Made by a program: the position numbers and the translations under genes. A stretch of 64,000 bases of DNA from Armatimonadota bacterium (lineage in GTDB: Bacteria > Armatimonadota > SYMT01): NCBI GenBank assembly GCA_041690135.1, contig JAWLHY010000010.1:96001-160000 (forward strand), written 5' to 3'. Below, piece after piece: positions 58,465 to 64,000 of this stretch (position 1 is the stretch's first letter; every line of letters begins with the position of its first letter). A model generated the notes under the pieces. That model was not told where the DNA came from. It did not search any database and was given only the letters and a program-made list of their open reading frames with translations.

Positions 58465-59793
58465 ATGGAGAGGTCCGAGGCGGAACTGGAGCGTGAAACA
58501 CTCAGCCGAGTCACGCGGCGGTTGATCCCGTTCATCTTCCTGCTCTATGTGTTCAACATCCTGGACCGGATGAACGTCAGCATCGCGGTGTTGACGATGA
58601 AGGCGGATCTGGGTTTCTCGGACGGCGTTTACGGGTTCGGGGCGGGCATCTTCTTCATCGGCTACTTCTTTTTCCAGGTGCCGAGCAATGCCATCCTGCA
58701 CCGGGTAGGGGCGCGACGCTGGCTTTCACGGATCGTGATGGTTTGGGGCATCACCGCGAGCTGCATGCTCTTCGTCAACAGCCCGTGGAGCTTCTACACC
58801 ATCCGCTTCCTTCTCGGGGTAGCCCAGGCCGGGTTCTTTCCCGGCATAATGCTTTACCTCACCTACTGGTTTCCGAACTCCATGCGCGGACGTACGGCCG
58901 CACGGTTCGTTCTGGCCGGCGTGCTGGCGAACATCATCGGCGGACCGCTCGGGGCTCAGCTCCTGAAGCTTGATGGGCTGGGCGGTTTGCACGGCTGGCA
59001 ATGGCTTTTCCTGCTGGAGGGCATTCCCGCGATCCTGTTGGGGTGCGTGGCGCTCAAGTACCTGACCGACCGCCCCCAGGACGCCCATTGGCTGAAGCCG
59101 GACCAGCGGGAGTGGCTGGTCCGCCGCATGACCGCCGAGCATGAGCACCAGGCGCGCTTCCACCAAGTGACCTTCTTGCAGGCCCTCGCTTACCCGCGGG
59201 TCCGGCACCTCGCCACGATCTTCTTTCTGAACGTGATGGCGGGTTCTGGAGTGGGCCTCTTTTCCAACCTCATCCTGCGACAGCGCAGCGGCTGGCCCGA
59301 CCAGACCGTGCTGTGGGTCAGCGCGCTCCCGCATATCGTCGGGGCAGTGACGGTCCTGACGGCAGCTACCTACTCCGATCGCACCAATGAACGACGGCTG
59401 TTCGTGGTTACCGGATTGTCCATTTCTTGCCTGGGGGTGATCCTTTGCGCTACCGCCACCACAGGCCCCCTCACCGTGTTGGGGCTCTGCACCATGGCGT
59501 TGGGAGGGCAGATCGCCAACGCGCCCTTCTGGGCGCTGAGCACGGGATTTCTCACCGGGAACGCCGCGGCGGGCGGGATTGCCTTCATCAATTCCATCGG
59601 CAACTCGGGCTCGTTCTTCGGACCGGCATTGACGGGGTTCCTGAAGGACCGCCTGGGGGCCTATGAACCGGCCCTGCTCGTGCTCGCGGGGATCGTTGCT
59701 TCCGCAGCATTCGCGGCCTATCTCCTGCCCCCCGACCCGGCACAGAAGGCCGGACCAAGCGTGGAGGTCAAACCCTCCGCTGCCTCGGTGTGA
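58465..59793 (+). CDS. MFS transporter (ACS / tartrate-phthalate type)
   Basis: RRLIP, LDRMN, GIFFIGY, GFFPG...WFP, GWQWLFLLEG. Confidence 0.95.
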   Translation: MERSEAELERETLSRVTRRLIPFIFLLYVFNILDRMNVSIAVLTMKADLGFSDGVYGFGAGIFFIGYFFFQVPSNAILHRVGARRWLSRIVMVWGITASCMLFVNSPWSFYTIRFLLGVAQAGFFPGIMLYLTYWFPNSMRGRTAARFVLAGVLANIIGGPLGAQLLKLDGLGGLHGWQWLFLLEGIPAILLGCVALKYLTDRPQDAHWLKPDQREWLVRRMTAEHEHQARFHQVTFLQALAYPRVRHLATIFFLNVMAGSGVGLFSNLILRQRSGWPDQTVLWVSALPHIVGAVTVLTAATYSDRTNERRLFVVTGLSISCLGVILCATATTGPLTVLGLCTMALGGQIANAPFWALSTGFLTGNAAAGGIAFINSIGNSGSFFGPALTGFLKDRLGAYEPALLVLAGIVASAAFAAYLLPPDPAQKAGPSVEVKPSAASV

Positions 59794-59800
59794 GCCTACG

Positions 59801-61090
59801 CTACTCCGCGGCGGGCATCAGTTCGCGCACTGGTTCCGGATCGTCGAGCACCTGCATTGGCCGCTGCTCGCGGTCCGGGATCGTCGTGTAGGGATCGATT
59901 CCCAGGTGGCGGTATAGGCAGGCAATTACGTTGGCGGGCGTGTAAGGCACTCCGGTGGAATGGCCCCCTTCCGCATCCGTTTCGCCGATGACCTGACCCA
60001 CCCGGAAGCCGCCCCCGGCCAACACTGCCGCGCCCGCGTCCGGCCAGTGGTCGCGGCCGGCGATGCGGCTGATCCGGGGCGCCCGGCCGAACTCGCCCCA
60101 CATTACCACCGCCACGTCATCTTGGAGGCCCCGGTCGTAGAGATCGGTGATCAGGGCATGGATTCCCTGGTCGAGTTGGGGCAACTGCTCGCGCATGTCA
60201 CGGAAGTTGTGCTCGTGAGTATCCCAGTCCCCAACCTTCAACGTGACTACGGGTATTCCTGCTTCCACCAGGCGGCGGGCCAGCAGGAACCGCTTGCAGA
60301 ACTCCCCATAGCGAGCGACTGTTTGCGTTGACTCCCGGCCCAAATCGAAGGCGGCGCGGGCCTGGGAAGAGAGGACCATCTCCATGGCACGCGTCGTAAA
60401 GGCATCTTGCCCGGCGGCGGCTTCGGTGCCTTCGAAGCTGCGGTGGAGGGCTTCCAGACGTTCGCGCAGCCGACGTCGCGTCAAGAAGCGTTCGCCGGAC
60501 ACGCCCCGTGGCAGGCTCAAATCCGCCAGGGCCTCACCTTCCGGTACAAAGGGACGGTGGGCGGAGCCGGTGTAGGTGGGGTTCTCATGGGTCCCATCCT
60601 CACGGTACATCATGCTCACGTAAGGCGGAAGCCCGTCCGATCGCGGGTGCAAGTAGCTAACGACGGAACCAAAGGCGGGACGCTTGCCGCGATCGGGAAA
60701 CCCTGTGACGATGTAATGCGGCGTGTGGTCGCCCAGGTCGTTGGACCTGATCCCGCGCAAGACAGCCAGCCGGTCCATGATTTGTGCGGTCCGCGGCAGG
60801 TACTCACAAATCCGGATGCCGGGGACATTCGTCGGAATGGGGTTGAACTCGCCCCGAATCTCGGAGGGTGCGTCCGGTTTCATGTCAAAGCTGTCGATGT
60901 GTGACGGACCGCCGCGCAGCCAGATCATAATGACCGCTTTGCCCTTACCGAATCCGGGGGCGGCTTCAGCCCGCAGGCGAAGAAGATCCGCCAGGGAGAG
61001 GCCGGTGAAACCGAGACCGCCGACCCGGAGCAACTCTCTGCGGGTGATCCCATCACACAGTTTCGCCCCGTGCCCCAGAATGCGCAGCAT
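59801..61090 (-). CDS. DUF1501 family protein (Tat)
   Basis: CDGITRRELL, GGPSHIDSFDMKP, LLARRLVEAG, GEFGRAP, GRDHW. Confidence 0.95.
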   Translation of the reverse strand: MLRILGHGAKLCDGITRRELLRVGGLGFTGLSLADLLRLRAEAAPGFGKGKAVIMIWLRGGPSHIDSFDMKPDAPSEIRGEFNPIPTNVPGIRICEYLPRTAQIMDRLAVLRGIRSNDLGDHTPHYIVTGFPDRGKRPAFGSVVSYLHPRSDGLPPYVSMMYREDGTHENPTYTGSAHRPFVPEGEALADLSLPRGVSGERFLTRRRLRERLEALHRSFEGTEAAAGQDAFTTRAMEMVLSSQARAAFDLGRESTQTVARYGEFCKRFLLARRLVEAGIPVVTLKVGDWDTHEHNFRDMREQLPQLDQGIHALITDLYDRGLQDDVAVVMWGEFGRAPRISRIAGRDHWPDAGAAVLAGGGFRVGQVIGETDAEGGHSTGVPYTPANVIACLYRHLGIDPYTTIPDREQRPMQVLDDPEPVRELMPAAE

Positions 61091-61188
61091 CGCAACTCCT
61101 GCCTTTCGAGCGAAGTGTAGATCAGTTTGCCTTTCTGTCCTGTGAGTGCGTTGACTGGGTTCAGTTTCAACGGAATTGGAGTGTTCAA

Positions 61189-62673
61189 ATGGGCCTTCGA
61201 AGAGCGGTCCTATCGCTGTGCCTTGCCGCTTCCTTTGCGGCGCTTGCCGCACCTGGAACGGCCTTTCAGGCGAAGGCGGCGCGCAACCTCGATCCTGCTC
61301 AGCAGTCGATGCTGCGCTACCTGGACACGATCACGCCGGAGTTAGTGGCGATGAACCAGGATATCTGGAGCTACGCGGAAGTCGGCCTGGAGGAGAAGCG
61401 TTCTTCGAAGCGGCTCTCGGACGCGCTGGAGAAGGCCGGGTTTCGGGTCCGCCGGGGAGTGAGCGGGATGCCCACGGCCTTTGTGGCGGAGTATGGGTCG
61501 GGCAAACCGGTGATCGGTCTGCTTGCCGAATACGATGCCCTGCCGGAGCTGTCGCAGGAAGCCGTGGGCGAACGGAAGCCGGCGCCGGGGCGGGCGAACG
61601 GGCATGGCTGCGGTCATTCCGCCTTCGGGACGGCGGTGGTCGGCGCAGCCCTGGCGGTGCGCGAGGCCTACGACCGGTCCGGACTGAAGGGTACCATCCG
61701 GGTCTATGGGACTCCGGCCGAAGAGACCCTGATCGGGAAAGTGTACTTGGCCCTGGATGGTCAGTTCAACGACCTGGACGCCTGTCTCCACTGGCACCCG
61801 GCATCGAAGAACAAGGTCAGCTACGGCAGCAGCAAAGCCATGATCTCGGCCAAGTTCAAGTTCGCGGGGCTCCCGGCGCACGCGTCCGGAAGCCCGCACC
61901 AGGGGCGGAGCGCGCTGGACGGGGTCGAGTTGATGAACATTGGCGTGAACTACATGCGGGAGCACGTGAAGGAGAGCAGTCGCATCCATTACGTGATCAC
62001 CAACGGCGGAGGACAGCCGAACGTGGTCCCTCCCACCGCCGAGGTGTGGTACTTCATCCGCGCCAACACCCACGATGACGCGGAAGCGAACTTCGACTGG
62101 ATCCGAGAGATCGCCGAGGCAGCGGCGAAAATGTCGCGGACGAAGGTAACCGTTCAGATCGATACCGACTGCCACGAGGTAATTCCCAACCTGCCGCTCT
62201 CCCGGGTGGTGCAGAAGAACCTGGAGGCCGTCGGCGCGCCAAAGTTCGACGAGGCCGACCGCAAGCTGGCCCTGCAACTCCAGTCCGACCTGCGAAGCCA
62301 GCCGGGTTTCAATGAGAAAAACCCGCTGCATGAGAGCGTGGACAAGCTGCCGGAGAAGCCGACGGGGGCGACCGGTGGAAGCACCGACGTGGGCGACGTG
62401 AGCTGGCTGGTGCCCACCGCCGGGTTCAACGCCGCCTGCTTTGCGGCCGGGAGCCCCGGCCATAGCTGGCAGAACGTGGCCGCCGTCGGCTCCCCCATCG
62501 GTCATAAGGGAATGCTGGTGGCGGCCAAGGTGCTGGCGCTGAGCACGGCCGACCTGCTTCAGGACGCAGCCGTGCTCAAGGCGGCGCGGGCCGATTTCGA
62601 CCGCCAGATGAAGGACCGGAAGTACACGACCCGGATCCCCAAGGGACAGAAGGCGCCGGCAAGTATTCGGTAA
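61189..62673 (+). CDS. M20 amidohydrolase (AbgB-like) with signal peptide
   Basis: AEYDALP, GHGCGH, PAEE, WHP, GRSALD, GSTDVGDVSW. Confidence 0.93.
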   Translation: MGLRRAVLSLCLAASFAALAAPGTAFQAKAARNLDPAQQSMLRYLDTITPELVAMNQDIWSYAEVGLEEKRSSKRLSDALEKAGFRVRRGVSGMPTAFVAEYGSGKPVIGLLAEYDALPELSQEAVGERKPAPGRANGHGCGHSAFGTAVVGAALAVREAYDRSGLKGTIRVYGTPAEETLIGKVYLALDGQFNDLDACLHWHPASKNKVSYGSSKAMISAKFKFAGLPAHASGSPHQGRSALDGVELMNIGVNYMREHVKESSRIHYVITNGGGQPNVVPPTAEVWYFIRANTHDDAEANFDWIREIAEAAAKMSRTKVTVQIDTDCHEVIPNLPLSRVVQKNLEAVGAPKFDEADRKLALQLQSDLRSQPGFNEKNPLHESVDKLPEKPTGATGGSTDVGDVSWLVPTAGFNAACFAAGSPGHSWQNVAAVGSPIGHKGMLVAAKVLALSTADLLQDAAVLKAARADFDRQMKDRKYTTRIPKGQKAPASIR

Positions 62674-62744
62674 ACGCTCCGGGTGGGTGAGCGGAGGAAG
62701 CGGAGGAGATTGAGGGGGACCATATCGCGACCCAGTTGCTCTGT

Positions 62745-62826
62745 CGCCCCTCCGGGGCTTGTTCGAGCGGGCACCATAGCCGGGGGTGCAAACCCCCGGC
62801 TATTTTCTCGCCGCCCCTCCGGGGCT
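62745..62826. repeat. REP cluster: two CGCCCCTCCGGGGCT copies around a 12-bp hairpin
   Basis: Copies at 62745 and 62812; ATAGCCGGGGGT-GCAA-ACCCCCGGCTAT at 62776-62803. Confidence 0.85.
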
Positions 62827-62846
62827 AAAGGCCCGACCTTGACCGA

Positions 62847-64000
62847 TCATTGAACCGCCTTGGCGGCGACAATGGTGAGGTCAGTGAGGACTTCGCTGAT
62901 CACCACCGGATCGACACTGGCCAGGGGGACCCGGTCTTTATGGTCCGGGTACATCTCGGGGCGCCAGATCCCGGGCACGAAGAAACAGCGGGTCACCGTC
63001 TGGTTATCCCAGCCGTCCATGTAACCGACCGGCACGCCCTCTTCATATTCGACCACCGCGGTAACGTTGGCGCCGTAGAACGGCTTGGAGTGGGAGTAGA
63101 AGATCCCCGCATCCTCCGGGATTCCCCGCTGCCACTCGAGCTTCTCCAGGGTGAATACCAGCGACTGGGGCGCAATCTCCAGGTTCGTCCACCGGCAGAG
63201 CTCTTCCGCCACTTTCTCCGCGGGCTCAAGGCTCGAAATCGGACGGCCCAACTGCGCGAACGGCGGCACGATCTCGTAGTCACCCAGGAGCTCGCCCCAC
63301 GCCTGCTTGTCTTCTTCGGAAAGGTGCAGCGGGTGGACGAGGCCCACCTCCGGGTAACCGTCCAGGGAGATCGGTTCGTCCTGCTGGTCCGCGAAAGACT
63401 GCTCTTCGGTCACCCGGAACGTCGCGGCCAGGTTACCGTCGGCGTCGTAGGCGCCCCACACCAGCAGGCGCACAAGGTTGGTCATGAGGGGGTGGCGCAC
63501 CAGCAGGTTCTCGAAATCCTCGCGCGGCCAGCGCCGTCCGGTCACCATCGCCTGCTCCAGGCGCACCACCTGCGTCTTCACCACGTCGCCGACCTGCTTC
63601 TTCAGCAGCTTCCACTCTTCCGTCGCCTGGGCGGCCAGGGCCGGATCATCCTTTGCGTTCGGCTTCGGTAGGTCCGGGCGCACCTTGCCATCGGCCTCCC
63701 GGAGCATCGGCTTCATTCCCGGACCCAGGACGAACCGGAACTGGCGAGGACCGAAGTCGAACGTGCGGGTGCCGCGCTCGTCGAGGTCGCAGGTGGGGAC
63801 GATGCGGTCTTCGAGCTGCGGCCGCGTGAAGCCGCGGTCCTTCGCGATCGCCTCCATGCACTCGCCCGCTTTGGTCTTGAGCCCTTTGAACGGCACCTTC
63901 TGCGCGATGCCGTTGATTAACATCAGCGCCGTATCGCTTCCGATGGCGCGCAAGCATTCCAGACCCAGTACGGCCCGCTGGTGCTGGCTTTCCCCAGGCC
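62847..64000 (-). CDS. DUF4132 domain protein (3' part; runs off window end)
   Basis: LEDRIVPTCDL, RLEQAM...RRW, HPL...L.RLLVW, VHPLHL, DYEIVPPFAQLGR, SEVL.DL. Confidence 0.92.
   Translation of the reverse strand, partial: PGESQHQRAVLGLECLRAIGSDTALMLINGIAQKVPFKGLKTKAGECMEAIAKDRGFTRPQLEDRIVPTCDLDERGTRTFDFGPRQFRFVLGPGMKPMLREADGKVRPDLPKPNAKDDPALAAQATEEWKLLKKQVGDVVKTQVVRLEQAMVTGRRWPREDFENLLVRHPLMTNLVRLLVWGAYDADGNLAATFRVTEEQSFADQQDEPISLDGYPEVGLVHPLHLSEEDKQAWGELLGDYEIVPPFAQLGRPISSLEPAEKVAEELCRWTNLEIAPQSLVFTLEKLEWQRGIPEDAGIFYSHSKPFYGANVTAVVEYEEGVPVGYMDGWDNQTVTRCFFVPGIWRPEMYPDHKDRVPLASVDPVVISEVLTDLTIVAAKAVQ

Noticed and set aside
1-64000. CRISPR array, integron cassettes, prophage, tRNA/rRNA
   Set aside because: No repeat-spacer array, no attC with matching core ends, no phage or integrase genes and no RNA gene signatures seen by eye.

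Overview
This is a GC-rich bacterial chromosomal segment, most likely Armatimonadota (inferred from a DUF1559 prepilin/H-X9-DG gene next to planctomycete-type DUF1501/PSD1 and DUF1552/DUF1592 modules). It holds about 45 genes; I found no rRNA, tRNA, CRISPR array, prophage or transposase. Left part: partial proS; fhaA followed by one 1053-aa FHA-RodA(SEDS)-class B PBP fusion; GT4 glycosyltransferase; a Tat-type prenyltransferase-repeat gene broken by one in-frame TAA; CocE hydrolase; redoxin-heme c-Cu monooxygenase; DUF1559; lepB; a sensor-less BlaR1/BlaI pair with a clear promoter and two TACAnnTGTA operators. Middle: DUF4142, GH140, diguanylate cyclase, aldolase, methyltransferase, two planctomycete-type cytochrome/DUF modules, WD40 and ankyrin proteins. 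Right part: an ABC-F gene with a putative leaderless uORF and attenuator; SulP with a ~290-nt structured leader; a PolX-like HhH protein; stress and EPS-modification genes; peptidases; MFS; partial DUF4132. Most notable are the triple cell-wall fusion with degenerate FHA domains, the two long regulatory leaders, and REP-like or short tandem repeats that fill intergenic gaps and sit in frame inside two genes. All family calls come from reading motifs by eye; no searches were run.
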